Positions 9,999 to 19,724 are shown, counted from the first letter of the stretch. The stretch is DNA of 64,000 nucleotides from a bacterium (GCA_021786945.1 JAJYMK010000001.1:64794-128793); one strand, 5' to 3'. The notes: a model not told the origin generated them from the letters alone. A program made the numbers and translations.

Positions 9999-10004
9999 AA
10001 TCAT

Positions 10005-11333
10005 ATGGCTCAAATTACCATACAAAAAGGTCAAACATTATCGGGAATCGCCAAACAGCAAGGCACCACTGTTGATGCGATCATGAAAGCCAATCCGACC
10101 ATCAAGAATGCCAACCTGATATATGCAGGTTCTTCCTTAAATTTGCCCGGATCACCAACTTCACCCGTTGTTGCCCCTAAGGCGAGCGTTCCGAGCCCAA
10201 GTCCCACCGTGACACCTTCTTCGACCGTAACACCGCCCGTTGCCCAAAATTCGAGCCCGGGGACAAGCTCTGTCCCAGCCAAAAGCACCCTTTATGGGAC
10301 GGAAGTGCCTTCTAACACATCTTTGCTTAAACAATACCGGTCCGAACTAGGTCTCGATTCAACGCTTAAAAGCATGCAGGATAGCCAGACTTCCTACCTC
10401 GATACTCTCAAAAATTTGCCGAAAAAATCTGACATCTATCAGCAAGAAAGAACTAAGAGAGGGATTGATACGATGCAAACAAACTTAAAAAGTTTGGATG
10501 ATCGATTGGCCACAATGGAGGAAGCAATCAATAGTTCGGAAAAAGATATCCGAGATAGGACTGTCGCAAGTAATGGCTTGGTAACCGAGAGCCAAACACA
10601 AAGACTTGTAGCTTCCGAAAAGCAACCGCTGATTGATGAATACAGAAAATTATTGAATGAAAGAAATAGGCTTGCGACTGAAATGGGTACGGCTGATGCA
10701 TCCGCAAAAGAAATGGCTGGAATGCAATATGAGGATTCAACACTACCTTTGACCGTAGCAGAAAAAACTCTTGGATTCCAAAAAGATCAATACAGTGTGC
10801 TCGGTGATATTTTAGGCCAAGTATACGGTGCCTCAGAAAAAGATGTCGCCAATTTAATTGATTCTGCTAAATACGGAAAAGAACAGGAAAAGAAAGATGC
10901 TCAAGATGTGATAGATCGTGCCTTGAAACTTGCCCAGCTGGCCAATGATACTCCAGCCGGAACCGTGCTTGATGTGGGAGGAAATAAAGTAGTCGGACTT
11001 AAAGGAAAAACTGGAAGCGGTTCAGGAACCGACGGCAATGATGTTGAAGCTTACGCTTTGGAACTCTTAAACAATCCAAACTTCTCAATCAGTAATGTGC
11101 CTCAAAGTATTCGAGGACAAGTGATCACAAAAAGAGATCAGATTAAAGCTGAAGCGGAAACTTCGATGGCAAACAGTACGCCAGCGATGATAGACAACAC
11201 TCCTCCGATAACCGCACAACAATTCGGGGCTGGTTTACAGGATGTATTCACAAAGCAAATACCGGGAGTGGCAAAAAATGTGTGGGGTGGAACGAAAGGA
11301 TTCTTCAAAGGTCTTTTCGGTAGCGGAAATTAA
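10005..11333 (+). CDS. LysM domain-containing phage protein with a Pro/Ser/Thr-rich linker (442 aa)
   Basis: N-terminus IQKGQTLSGIAKQQGTTVDAIMKANPTIKNANLIYAGSSLNLPG matches the LysM consensus, followed by a PSPT-rich low-complexity linker. Confidence 0.65.
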   Translation: MAQITIQKGQTLSGIAKQQGTTVDAIMKANPTIKNANLIYAGSSLNLPGSPTSPVVAPKASVPSPSPTVTPSSTVTPPVAQNSSPGTSSVPAKSTLYGTEVPSNTSLLKQYRSELGLDSTLKSMQDSQTSYLDTLKNLPKKSDIYQQERTKRGIDTMQTNLKSLDDRLATMEEAINSSEKDIRDRTVASNGLVTESQTQRLVASEKQPLIDEYRKLLNERNRLATEMGTADASAKEMAGMQYEDSTLPLTVAEKTLGFQKDQYSVLGDILGQVYGASEKDVANLIDSAKYGKEQEKKDAQDVIDRALKLAQLANDTPAGTVLDVGGNKVVGLKGKTGSGSGTDGNDVEAYALELLNNPNFSISNVPQSIRGQVITKRDQIKAEAETSMANSTPAMIDNTPPITAQQFGAGLQDVFTKQIPGVAKNVWGGTKGFFKGLFGSGN

Positions 11334-11338
11334 AACTT

Positions 11339-14300
11339 ATGGCATATCTTAAAGACCCAAAAACTGGAAAATATATAGTCACTGATACAGCACCAACTGC
11401 AACAGTGAAAACTTCTGTCCCAACTTCTGCTGGGAACATTAAGTACGGTAAAAATGCCCAAGGCGGATACACAAAAATTGAGACGGACACATCTGCTGGA
11501 ACTTCTGCAAAACCAAACATCACCACAGTGGCCGGACTTAAAGATTACGCCTTAAAAAATAATGTTGATATTTCTGATGCCCAACCCCAAGAATCAACTC
11601 TGCAAAAAATTCTCAATGTCTTAAATACCGGTGCGTACGCTGTGGGAGGACTTATAAGTGGAAAAGGAATCGTTAAGGGAATCCAAGAACACACATTGCC
11701 ATCCGAAGCGTTAGGAATAAAAAACAAGATTGGAGGTTTTGTTGCTGATGTCCTGCTTGATCCAACCACTTACATAACATTCGGTTATGGTAGCGGTGCG
11801 AAACTTGCAACAAAAGCTGGCGAGGTTGTGCTTAGTAAAACAGGAACCAGTTTGCTTAAAAAATCCATCATTGAACTTGGCGAGCAAGGTGCGAGAAAAG
11901 CTCTTGCTGAAAAAGTTTTGCAAGAAGGAGGCGAAAAGTTATTAGCTAAAGGCGGTTTGAAATTTGCTGGAACTGAAATATTGCCCCGTAAGGTCGTAAC
12001 CGCACCGTTTAAGATCGCAGACACTCTTGTAGAAAAAACACCTGTGGTCGGAAAATTATATCAAGGTGCAAAAGACTTGGCCGGTAAAGCATTTGTACCA
12101 TTCAAATCAATTAAAGATATGCCGGGTGGAATAGGCCAACAGTATGTCGATAAATTTTCTGACTTCAGTAAAGCAACAAGATCGGAAGTCGGCAAAGCTG
12201 TTGAGGAAGTATCGGCTCTCGGAAAAACAGCTAAGAAAGAACTGGGAGATAAAGCTGGAATTGAGGTCGGGAAAATACTTGAGAATGTACCTAAACCTCA
12301 AATGCCACTGCCGAGAGCCCTTGAACCAATCAAAGACATGGTCAAAGGTGTTGATCTTGGGGACATAAAAGGAGTCGACCGAAATAATATCGTAGACATG
12401 AAAGTATTTGGGTCTTCTGTTGAGGGGAAACTAAAACCGAATGATGTTGATGTTTTTGTGAAAGTAAAAGACGGCTCGATGAAGTTTAAAAATGCTGGCG
12501 GTCTTCCAAGCCCGATAGTCATCAAGAAAGGAAAAGTCCAATACTTTATCATGCCTGAAAGCCAAGGCGATGAATTACTGGATGCAATGCTTTATACCGG
12601 CAGAAAAGATCAGAGTCGCTTGTATTCCGGAACGGCCGTAAAAGTTCCAAAACCTTACTGGAACGGAATGATGAAAGTAAACGATGATACTGCACAAGCT
12701 GGAAATAAAGTTATAAACGAGATCACTGACTACATAAGAGGCCAGCATAAATCATTTGCCACTAAAGAAAAAGAAAGAGGTCTCCTCGACTACACTTTGC
12801 CTGATTATCTTCGTCACTACCTGACACCAGAGGGTCGTGATTTCTTACAGAAAGGAAGTGCAAATATTACTGGGGAGTTAAACAAACCATTGCGAGTAAA
12901 AACACCATTTGCCAAAGAAAGAGAGCTGAACGACACGATCGGTGGAATCAATAAATACTTCCAAAAACAATACGGTGTCAGCCAGATGTTCGAAAGCGAT
13001 GCGTTCAAAGCATTCGCGGCTCGAAAAGCCGAACACATCAAAGCCGTAAATACCTACGACTTCCTGACCAATGTTGGAAAAGAATTCGGACGACCAGCAG
13101 AGGTAATGACTAAAGAAATCAAGAATCCAGTAACTGGAAAAATGATAACCAAAGAGATCACGAAGCCAATCTACGAAAACGGAATCAAATACATTGAAAG
13201 TTCAGTACCACAACTTAAAGGAACGCTTTTGCCAGAGCAGATTGTAAAGCATGTTGATGACACTTATAAAGTTTTAACCAACGAGGAAGCAACGAAAAAG
13301 TTTCTCGGTCTTTATGATAAAGTTTTGAATTTTTGGAAAGGATCGGTCACTGGATGGTTTCCAGCTTTCCACACACGAAACTCAATCGGTGGAATTTTTA
13401 ACAACTGGATTGCTGGTGTAAAAAGTCCGACTCGCTATCTGCAAGCTGATCAAATTGCCAGAGGTGCTGAGGGTGCAATAACCACTCAGATCGGGACGAA
13501 ATACACATATAGCCAGATAAGAGATGTTGCCAACAAACTGGGAGTCGTGGGACAGCCGGGTTATTTGGATGTCATGAAAGAAGTAGAAAAGGATATCGGA
13601 AAAGGTCCGGTGGCAAAACTGATGGATACACCTAAAAAAGCGATGGAGATTGTGGAAAACAGACTTCGTTTGCCTTTATTTGTTGATCGCTTAATTAAAG
13701 GCGATGCACCTGAACAGGCGGCCAAGGCCGTGTTCCAATTCCACTTCGACTACGCACCGGAAGCATTAGCACCTTTTGAACAGAACATAATGAAGCGTTT
13801 GTTGCCATTTTATAAGTGGACTCGTGGCAACATTCCACTTCAGCTTGAGCAAATGGTAAAACAACCCGGAAAGTATGCTGGAATCGGGAAAGCCGTACAG
13901 GGATTGCAGTCAGACAAAGAAAAAGCCAAAGAGGAATTTTCAATACTGCCTCCTTATATGCGAGAGGGTTTGCCAATCAGACTCGGCGAAAAAGGCGGAT
14001 TCTCACAATACCTATATGGACTGGGGTTGCCGGTCGAGGATGTAAACAGACTATATAAAGGAAGTGCCAAAAGAACACTGGCCAGTTTTATTGGTGAATT
14101 ATCTCCGCTTCTTAAATATCCAATCGAAGCTGGAACAGGACAAAACTTATTCACTGGTGAACCGATAGAAGCAAACAACAATGTCTATCCATTCATGAAT
14201 AAAGTCCCAGGACTCCGTGACTGGCTTGAAGTGACAGAAAAGAAAAATAAGGATGGATCAACGGGTTATGTCGCCAATGCTTATAAACTCCACTTCCTGA

Positions 14301-14524
14301 ACACTGCGTTGGGGAGATTCTACACTACAGCTGGAAAACTGACCGATGATAAAACATCCGGTGCGGTTAAGTTTTTGTACGGACTGATTGGTGCAAAAGC
14401 AAAATCCGTAGACATCGAAAAAGAAAAGTTTTGGCGTGATCAAGAACAACAAGACAGTCTTGAACAAGCTTTGCAAAATAGAGGTCTCCTAAAACAGTAT
14501 CAGAGGGCATATGTCCCAAAATAA
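11339..14524 (+). CDS. very large phage protein (1061 aa) with an embedded minimal nucleotidyltransferase (pol-beta superfamily) motif
   Basis: Segment MKVFGSSVEGKLKPNDVDVFVKV fits the GS-x(9-13)-DxD minimal NTase signature. A Gly/Ala/Lys-rich N-terminus precedes it. Position after the LysM gene and before the lysis genes. Confidence 0.45.
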   Translation: MAYLKDPKTGKYIVTDTAPTATVKTSVPTSAGNIKYGKNAQGGYTKIETDTSAGTSAKPNITTVAGLKDYALKNNVDISDAQPQESTLQKILNVLNTGAYAVGGLISGKGIVKGIQEHTLPSEALGIKNKIGGFVADVLLDPTTYITFGYGSGAKLATKAGEVVLSKTGTSLLKKSIIELGEQGARKALAEKVLQEGGEKLLAKGGLKFAGTEILPRKVVTAPFKIADTLVEKTPVVGKLYQGAKDLAGKAFVPFKSIKDMPGGIGQQYVDKFSDFSKATRSEVGKAVEEVSALGKTAKKELGDKAGIEVGKILENVPKPQMPLPRALEPIKDMVKGVDLGDIKGVDRNNIVDMKVFGSSVEGKLKPNDVDVFVKVKDGSMKFKNAGGLPSPIVIKKGKVQYFIMPESQGDELLDAMLYTGRKDQSRLYSGTAVKVPKPYWNGMMKVNDDTAQAGNKVINEITDYIRGQHKSFATKEKERGLLDYTLPDYLRHYLTPEGRDFLQKGSANITGELNKPLRVKTPFAKERELNDTIGGINKYFQKQYGVSQMFESDAFKAFAARKAEHIKAVNTYDFLTNVGKEFGRPAEVMTKEIKNPVTGKMITKEITKPIYENGIKYIESSVPQLKGTLLPEQIVKHVDDTYKVLTNEEATKKFLGLYDKVLNFWKGSVTGWFPAFHTRNSIGGIFNNWIAGVKSPTRYLQADQIARGAEGAITTQIGTKYTYSQIRDVANKLGVVGQPGYLDVMKEVEKDIGKGPVAKLMDTPKKAMEIVENRLRLPLFVDRLIKGDAPEQAAKAVFQFHFDYAPEALAPFEQNIMKRLLPFYKWTRGNIPLQLEQMVKQPGKYAGIGKAVQGLQSDKEKAKEEFSILPPYMREGLPIRLGEKGGFSQYLYGLGLPVEDVNRLYKGSAKRTLASFIGELSPLLKYPIEAGTGQNLFTGEPIEANNNVYPFMNKVPGLRDWLEVTEKKNKDGSTGYVANAYKLHFLNTALGRFYTTAGKLTDDKTSGAVKFLYGLIGAKAKSVDIEKEKFWRDQEQQDSLEQALQNRGLLKQYQRAYVPK

Positions 14525-14756
14525 AAATATGGATAAAACAGAGTATCAAAATCAAATACAAGACGAACGACTTGATCGAGTCGAGAAAACCGTAAACGAA
14601 ATCAAAGATAATCATCTCGTTCACCTACAAGAGGATGTAACGAAAGTCGGGACTGATGTCGACTGGCTCAAGCGTTTCTTTTGGATCTTGGCTACCGCAT
14701 CCGTGGGAGGTCTTATAACCGCCTTAATTAATTTACTAATAACAATCGATAAATAA
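14511..14756 (+). CDS. putative holin (81 aa; single C-terminal TM helix)
   Basis: C-terminal hydrophobic segment FFWILATASVGGLITALINLLITI; lies immediately upstream of the amidase endolysin. Confidence 0.45.
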   Translation: MSQNKNMDKTEYQNQIQDERLDRVEKTVNEIKDNHLVHLQEDVTKVGTDVDWLKRFFWILATASVGGLITALINLLITIDK

Positions 14757-14761
14757 AAACT

Positions 14762-15331
14762 ATGAATATCATTCAAAAGAAATCACCAAACTTCTGGGCT
14801 GGTCGCAACAGTTATCGTCCGGAAGCAATAGTCATTCACATTATGGATGGCACGCTGGCCGGAACCGATGCGTGGTTTACAAACCCATCTTCGCAAGTAA
14901 GTGCTCACTATGGCATCGGAAAGAATGGCGAAGTGCATCAGTATGTAAAAGAGGAAGATACTGCTTGGCACGCTGGACGAATAGACACACCAACTTGGAA
15001 GTTTATTAAACAAAAGGTAAACCCCAACCTCTATACAATCGGAATTGAACACGAGGGAAAGCCTGACGACATATGGACTGAAGCAATGAAACAAGCGAGT
15101 GCGATGATGATCCACGAGATCTGCCAACGCTGGCAAATACCGGTCGACCGTGATCACATCGTTGGCCACTTTGAGATTTACTCAAAGAAACCGAATTGTC
15201 CGGCAACTGATAAGCGGATATTGGACGAGCTTGTTGCCCTTGCCAGTGATCACACACCAAATACCTCAGTCGAGGATGGTGTGAGAAAGATTGAGGAGGG
15301 GCTGGCCATTATAAAGAAAATAATTTATTAA
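14762..15331 (+). CDS. N-acetylmuramoyl-L-alanine amidase (Amidase_2/PGRP fold) endolysin
   Basis: IVIHIMDGTLAGTDAWFTNPSSQVSAHYGIGKNGEVHQYVKEEDTAWHAG matches the Amidase_2 N-terminal region; C..H..C zinc-ligand-like residues are present. Confidence 0.8.
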   Translation: MNIIQKKSPNFWAGRNSYRPEAIVIHIMDGTLAGTDAWFTNPSSQVSAHYGIGKNGEVHQYVKEEDTAWHAGRIDTPTWKFIKQKVNPNLYTIGIEHEGKPDDIWTEAMKQASAMMIHEICQRWQIPVDRDHIVGHFEIYSKKPNCPATDKRILDELVALASDHTPNTSVEDGVRKIEEGLAIIKKIIY

Positions 15332-15334
15332 CCT

Positions 15335-15553
15335 ATGACAACACCACAAAAAGAAGCATTAAAGCACCTAGCGATCGTTTTCCTTTACTCCGGAGTCTCA
15401 TCAATCCTACCGATCGTTTTGGCTTATGTAGAGCATGATCCACGCTGGACACTGCTGATACCACTTATAAACTCGGCTTGGTATGCCGTGAGTCGATACC
15501 TCAAGGAAAGTAAGTTAATTGAGGAGTCCGACACCAAGGGAGACCAATTTTAG
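15335..15553 (+). CDS. small two-TM membrane protein (72 aa), possibly a lysis accessory (holin or antiholin-like)
   Basis: Two hydrophobic helices; last gene of the phage block. Confidence 0.3.
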   Translation: MTTPQKEALKHLAIVFLYSGVSSILPIVLAYVEHDPRWTLLIPLINSAWYAVSRYLKESKLIEESDTKGDQF

Positions 15554-15625
15554 CTAAATTAAGCAAATCCCGATTAATAGACCTTTACAGCAAATGTCGG
15601 AACCTCAAAAGAGGCTGGATTTTCC

Positions 15626-15654
15626 TTGTAAAATAACCGTAATTGGCGTATAAT
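15626..15654 (+). promoter_or_regulatory. sigma70-like promoter candidate (TTGTAA, 17-bp spacer, TATAAT) upstream of mltG
   Basis: -35 element at 15626-15631 and -10 element at 15649-15654, read directly. Confidence 0.35.
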
Positions 15655-15728
15655 TTTATCAATACGACCATAAGATAAGGTCTTTAAGGCGAATACCGGT
15701 TCAAAGTTCCGGACATCGTCACCGCCAA

Positions 15729-16709
15729 ATGACTAGATCTAAATCAATAACCATTTTAATATTGGCAATATTTTTCATTTTATTGATGGGATTATTTTAT
15801 TTTTGGTTTTTCAGTGCCCCCCAAAAAAATAAAGAATCGGAAAGATATATAATCCCACTTAATTTTTCGGCAACAGAAATATCTAGTGATTTAAAAACAA
15901 ATGGATTTATCAAAAATCAATTAGCTTTCGATTTTATAATTTCAATTAAGAGTGGCTTGAGTAATATAAAAGCCGGCGGCTATAAAATTTCCAAATCAAT
16001 GAATGTCTGGGAAATAACAGATATTTTAATAAAAAAACCATATATGGAATGGGTAGTAATTCCCGAAGGTTTGCGCAAAGAAGAAATTGCCGAAATTCTT
16101 GGCCAAAAACTAAGCTGGAATAGCGATAAAAAAGAGAATTGGCTAAAAACCGCCACAACTCAAAAACCGGAATATTTTGAGGGAGTTTACTTCCCTGATA
16201 CATATTTAATTCCTATAGACGAAACCCTTCTTCAGATAGCAGCCCGTCTTCAGGCTAAATTCCAGGAAAAATTTACGCCCTATGCCAAAGAAGCGGCAAA
16301 CCAAAACATAAAATGGGATACGGCACTAAAGATAGCGTCAATAATCCAGCGAGAAAGCGCAGGAAAAAACGACATGCCAATTATTTCTGCGGTAATCTGG
16401 AATAGACTTTTACAAGGCATGAAGTTGGATATAGATGCCACAATTCAATATGCTCGAGGCAATACGGGGCAAGGCTGGTGGGCGCCAATAAACGTAAGTG
16501 ATAAACAAATAAATTCTCCGTACAACACTTATAAATACAAAGGGCTGCCGCCTCACCCTATTTGTAATCCGGGATTAGACGCCATAAATGCCGTTTTAAA
16601 CCCAGCCAAAACCGACTGTCTTTACTATCTGCACGACAGCTCAAAAACAATCCATTGCGCCGAAACATACGAAGAGCACTTACAAAACATACAAAGATAT
16701 CTAAAATAA
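15729..16709 (+). CDS. mltG: endolytic murein transglycosylase MltG (YceG family)
   Basis: N-terminal TM segment, then YceG-like conserved region LKIASIIQRESAGKNDMPIISAVIWNRLLQGMKLDIDATIQYA. Confidence 0.75.
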   Translation: MTRSKSITILILAIFFILLMGLFYFWFFSAPQKNKESERYIIPLNFSATEISSDLKTNGFIKNQLAFDFIISIKSGLSNIKAGGYKISKSMNVWEITDILIKKPYMEWVVIPEGLRKEEIAEILGQKLSWNSDKKENWLKTATTQKPEYFEGVYFPDTYLIPIDETLLQIAARLQAKFQEKFTPYAKEAANQNIKWDTALKIASIIQRESAGKNDMPIISAVIWNRLLQGMKLDIDATIQYARGNTGQGWWAPINVSDKQINSPYNTYKYKGLPPHPICNPGLDAINAVLNPAKTDCLYYLHDSSKTIHCAETYEEHLQNIQRYLK

Positions 16710-16758
16710 AAAATCCCCTATTCCTCATGAATAAGGGATTTTTCATATATAAATTTTA

Positions 16759-17097
16759 TTACTGATTAATTGGTAAAGTTGTGGTCGCACCTCTTAAGAA
16801 AAAACCTTTTGTGGAACCAGAGGAATTAGTTCTTCTAAGATTAGAAAAACTAATATTTCTGCAATTTCCAAAATTTCTTCCACCATACATCATTCTCTGT
16901 CCGTAATAATCATTTCGTTTATATTTGTTAAAATAGGTTTTTATTTCTCCCACTTTAACCCCCGCACAGAAAACCACTCCCAAAACAAAAAGGCTTATTA
17001 AAATTCGTATCACCATTCTTTTAGATACGGAGATCGCCTTTACCTTTTCAGAAAAAGAATTAATATCTTTTTCTTTATTTTCCGGTTTATTGTCCAT
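16759..17097 (-). CDS. hypothetical membrane-anchored protein (112 aa)
   Basis: ORF with one TM helix. Confidence 0.3.
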   Translation of the reverse strand: MDNKPENKEKDINSFSEKVKAISVSKRMVIRILISLFVLGVVFCAGVKVGEIKTYFNKYKRNDYYGQRMMYGGRNFGNCRNISFSNLRRTNSSGSTKGFFLRGATTTLPINQ

Positions 17098-17204
17098 ATT
17101 TTTATTATTTATTAATTATCTGACCTTATTTAATAATACGTATCAAAATACAAATTTGGTGCATTTGAGTAGAATATTAAATAGAAAGGATTTATAATAA
17201 AATT

Positions 17205-17396
17205 ATGGATCAGGAAATTTTAAAAAAACTCGATGAACTGGAGAAAAAAATTGACGCTACTTTTAAATCGTCGGAAAAAATGCGTAAATATTTTCTATGG
17301 ACACTGATTATAAGCTTGATTGTTATAGTACTCCCCCTTATCGGCCTGGTATTTCTTATACCGACATATCTAAATACATTACAGATTCCCTTTTAA
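17205..17396 (+). CDS. small membrane protein (63 aa)
   Basis: ORF with a C-terminal TM helix, followed by a terminator. Confidence 0.25.
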   Translation: MDQEILKKLDELEKKIDATFKSSEKMRKYFLWTLIISLIVIVLPLIGLVFLIPTYLNTLQIPF

Positions 17397-17426
17397 CCAA
17401 AACCGCCTCAATTGAGGCGGTTTTTT
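17397..17426. terminator. bidirectional intrinsic terminator (CCGCCTCAATTGAGGCGG flanked by an A-run and a T-run)
   Basis: Perfect hairpin 17403-17420 between convergent genes. Confidence 0.6.
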
Positions 17427-17439
17427 AAAATATAAAGCC

Positions 17440-18249
17440 TTATACTTTCATTCTCTTAAAAGCCAAACCTCCAAGCAAAATAACCAAAACCAAAAACACA
17501 AGCATTATTCCTAAATCAAACATTAGGGAAAATTGAGAAATGCCCAAAATAACATTTCTCAAAGCATCGACGGCATAAGTTAATGGATCTAAAAGAGTAA
17601 ATGGTTTAATCCAAATTGGTAATTTATCTATCGGAAATAAAGCCCCAGACAGAAAAAATAAAGGAAAAACCAAAAAACTTGAAATAAGCTGAAATCCTTC
17701 CGGGCTTTCCATTTGCGAACCAATTATAAGCCCGAGACTTACAAATGAAACCGTGGTAATAAATAAGATAATTAAAGCCAATAAAATAGAATATGGGGAA
17801 AAATAAATACCCTGAATCATTCCAAAATTTTCAAGAGCTAAACCAACCAAAAGTAAAATAACCGACTGAATCATAGAGTCTGTAGATCCGCCGATGACCT
17901 TACCGATAAATATAGACGTTCTTGAAATTGGAGCAACCAAAACCTCTTTCAAAAAATCTATTTTCCTATCCCAAACAATATAAACACCAAAAAATATAGA
18001 AGAAAAAAGAACAGACTGGGTCAATATTCCGGGGAAAATAAAAGCCTGATAATTAACTCCGGGAATAGAAACACTAGAGCCCAATCCTCCGCCAAAAACT
18101 AAAAGCCAAAGTATGGGATTTACGATAGACGCAACGATTCTCGATTTTTCCCGAAGAAAAACCTTAAATTCCCTATACCAAATTGCTAAAATTCCATTTA
18201 TTTCATTCATTATTTTTTTGATCGATAATTGATTATCCTTTCCGACCAT
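17440..18249 (-). CDS. ABC-2 type transporter permease
   Basis: Six-TM ABC-2 topology; overlaps the upstream ATPase gene. Confidence 0.65.
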   Translation of the reverse strand: MVGKDNQLSIKKIMNEINGILAIWYREFKVFLREKSRIVASIVNPILWLLVFGGGLGSSVSIPGVNYQAFIFPGILTQSVLFSSIFFGVYIVWDRKIDFLKEVLVAPISRTSIFIGKVIGGSTDSMIQSVILLLVGLALENFGMIQGIYFSPYSILLALIILFITTVSFVSLGLIIGSQMESPEGFQLISSFLVFPLFFLSGALFPIDKLPIWIKPFTLLDPLTYAVDALRNVILGISQFSLMFDLGIMLVFLVLVILLGGLAFKRMKV

Positions 18250-19178
18250 CCGCCCTCAGCAGACTCCTCTCTAATTTCTCTGCCGGTATAATGCAAAAAT
18301 ACGTCATTCAGCGTCGGGGAATGAAGCTCTACCGACTCCACTCTTCCCGTAACAGCCAATAATTCGGAGATATTTTCGTTCGCATTATTAACAGACAAAG
18401 ACAAGGTTCCGTCTTTAGAATTTATATTTTTTACGAAATCAAGTTTTTTTATGCTCTCAATATCAGGATTTTTTATTTTTAAATTTATAACATCACCCCC
18501 TACAACTTTTTTAAGGTTAGTTGGAGAATCCAAGGCCACTATTTTTCCCTTATCTATTATAGCCAAGCGGTCGCAAAGCTTATCGGCTTCATCCATATAA
18601 TGAGTTGTAATAATAACACTTACCCTCTCCTCTTTTGAAAGTTTTTCTATGTAGTCCCAAATATTTTCACGCGACTGCGGATCCAATCCCAAAGTAGGCT
18701 CATCTAAAAATATAATTTTGGGGTGATGCATCAATCCCCTGCCCAACTCCAATCTTCTTCTCATTCCGCCCGAATAATTTTTTACCAAATCATCTTTTCT
18801 GTTTGTCAGATCAACTAATTCTAAAACTTCTTTGATTCTTCTTTCTCTCAACTCGGCGGGCATATTATAAAGCATTCCGTGAAGCTTAAGATTTTCGTAT
18901 CCCGTTAAGGTATCATCGGAACTTGGATCTTGAAAAACAATACCGATAGATTTTCTGACCCCATCAGGATCGGCGACAATATCAAAATTATTTACCCTGG
19001 CTGTACCGGAAGTCGGCTTCAGTAAAGTAGTAAGCATCATAAGTGTAGTTGATTTTCCGGCTCCATTTGGGCCAAGTAATCCAAATATTTCACCTTGATT
19101 TACTTCTAAGCTCAACCCATTAACAGCGGTAAAATCACCAAACTTTTTTATTAAATTATCGGTTTTAATTATTGGCAT
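18210..19178 (-). CDS. ABC transporter ATP-binding protein (DrrA-like)
   Basis: Walker A GPNGAGKST, ABC signature LSGGMRRRL, Walker B IIFLDEPT. Confidence 0.85.
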   Translation of the reverse strand: MPIIKTDNLIKKFGDFTAVNGLSLEVNQGEIFGLLGPNGAGKSTTLMMLTTLLKPTSGTARVNNFDIVADPDGVRKSIGIVFQDPSSDDTLTGYENLKLHGMLYNMPAELRERRIKEVLELVDLTNRKDDLVKNYSGGMRRRLELGRGLMHHPKIIFLDEPTLGLDPQSRENIWDYIEKLSKEERVSVIITTHYMDEADKLCDRLAIIDKGKIVALDSPTNLKKVVGGDVINLKIKNPDIESIKKLDFVKNINSKDGTLSLSVNNANENISELLAVTGRVESVELHSPTLNDVFLHYTGREIREESAEGGWSERIINYRSKK

Positions 19179-19288
19179 ATAAACAATATTTAATATATTA
19201 GCACAACATAGTCTGTTGTAGTAATTGGCTTTTTTCCGCTAAAGAATTAAAATGAAATAGTAAGTAAAAAATTAATAAAAAATTAAAA

Positions 19289-19687
19289 ATGAAGGGATTT
19301 AATGCGAATATAGAAAAAGAAACTTTAGAAAATAATAATTTTCGGAAAGTTCTTTACACAGCCAAACATTGCCAGCTCGTGCTTATGTCATTATTACCTA
19401 AAGAAGAAATAGGTATGGAAGTCCATACTGATAACGACCAGTTCTTCAGATTCGAAAAAGGCCAAGGAGAGGTAATTATCGATGGAAATAAATATGAAGT
19501 TGGTGATGGTTCTGCAATTATAGTTCCGTCCGGATCCCAGCATAATGTAATTAATACTTCAGATACCGAACCTCTTAAGCTTTATACGATATATTCCCCC
19601 GCTCATCACCAAGATGGAGTTGTGCGTCTGACAAAAGCCGAAGCCGAAGCTAATGGACCGGAATTTGACGGGAAAACAACAGAATAA
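19289..19687 (+). CDS. cupin domain protein
   Basis: Cupin motif region GMEVHTDNDQFFRFEKGQGEVIIDGNKYEVGDGSAIIVPSGSQHNV. Confidence 0.55.
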   Translation: MKGFNANIEKETLENNNFRKVLYTAKHCQLVLMSLLPKEEIGMEVHTDNDQFFRFEKGQGEVIIDGNKYEVGDGSAIIVPSGSQHNVINTSDTEPLKLYTIYSPAHHQDGVVRLTKAEAEANGPEFDGKTTE

Positions 19688-19690
19688 ATT

Positions 19691-19718
19691 AAAAACCGCC
19701 TCTCAAAAGGCGGTTTTT
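19691..19718. terminator. intrinsic terminator (CCGCCT-ctcaaa-AGGCGG followed by TTTTT)
   Basis: Hairpin 19696-19713 plus T-run. Confidence 0.55.
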
Positions 19719-19724
19719 AATTTA

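Larger units (their letters stand above)
1..15553 (+). mobile_element. Phage (prophage-like) structural and lysis gene block, partial at the left window edge. All genes are co-directional with minimal or overlapping intergenic spacing, and the block is much more GC-rich than the downstream host DNA.
   Basis: Contiguous + strand ORFs with overlapping stop/start codons. It contains scaffold-like, capsid-like, beta-helix tail spike, LysM, holin-like and Amidase_2 endolysin ORFs. There is an abrupt drop in GC after ~15.56 kb. No integrase or att site is seen in the window. Confidence 0.6.

Noticed and set aside
15554-15728. Candidate attR or integration site at the phage/host junction
   Set aside because: I could not identify a direct repeat, tRNA or integrase by eye, so it is not reported as a feature. 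It is flagged only as something to test computationally.
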